Source: Heterodontus francisci (taxonomy: Eukaryota). Taken from it: a DNA stretch of 64,000 nucleotides. Under the pieces are notes generated by a model. The model was given only the letters and a program-made list of their open reading frames with translations. It did not search any database and was not told the origin of the DNA. Where the stretch lies: NCBI RefSeq assembly GCF_036365525.1, contig NC_090421.1:868001-932000 (forward strand), read 5' to 3'. Made by a program: the position numbers and the translations under genes. Shown here piece by piece: positions 63,776-64,000 of this stretch; the first letter of the stretch is position 1; each line of letters begins with the position of its first letter.

Positions 63776-64000
63776 ATCCCATGGCACTACTCTAGAAGGG
63801 GATGGGGGGGGTTCAGCCTGGGGTCCTGGGGCTGATATACCTATCCTTCAATCAACGCTGCTATAAGATGACATTATCGAGTCGAAATCTTGGTGCTGCT
63901 TGTGGAATCTTGCTGTGCTGGGAGTGGGTGGCTGGGGAACGGGATTGGGGGGCTGGGGGAAGCGGGGAGCGAGCAGCCGTAGAGCGGGATTGGACTGAAA

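Noticed and set aside
63168-63866. Repeat ORFs and a CRISPR-like look in the 30-bp array
   Set aside because: Head-to-tail identical units with no unique spacers and no cas genes, in a vertebrate intron.

Overview
Vertebrate nuclear DNA, very likely from a cartilaginous fish (HE1-type V-SINE, Deu-domain SINEs, shark-type CR1/L2/RTE/Tx1 LINEs), with five N-gaps. It holds a complete 11-exon mitochondrial citrate synthase gene (cs, + strand, CDS 5433-36969, 469 aa). A convergent 5-exon coq10a gene follows (- strand, 45879-40600, about 233 aa; its ATG abuts a gap), then the first two coding exons of ankrd52 (+ strand, divergent from coq10a). This order and orientation match human CS-COQ10A-ANKRD52 at 12q13. 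The rest is retroelements and more than ten minisatellites, most visibly amplified in place from local sequence: LINE ends, a SINE core, the cs exon-10 splice donor and promoter motifs. Most notable: about 20 decoy copies of the cs exon-10 donor, a phased CCAAT array in the cs promoter, Penelope-type minimal hammerhead ribozyme motifs, a SINE tail forming the coq10a exon-3 acceptor, and a twin-primed Tx1 LINE. I found no convincing new protein-coding system; the long ORFs in the track come from LINEs or repeats. Gene and repeat names rest on recalled sequence knowledge, not database searches.
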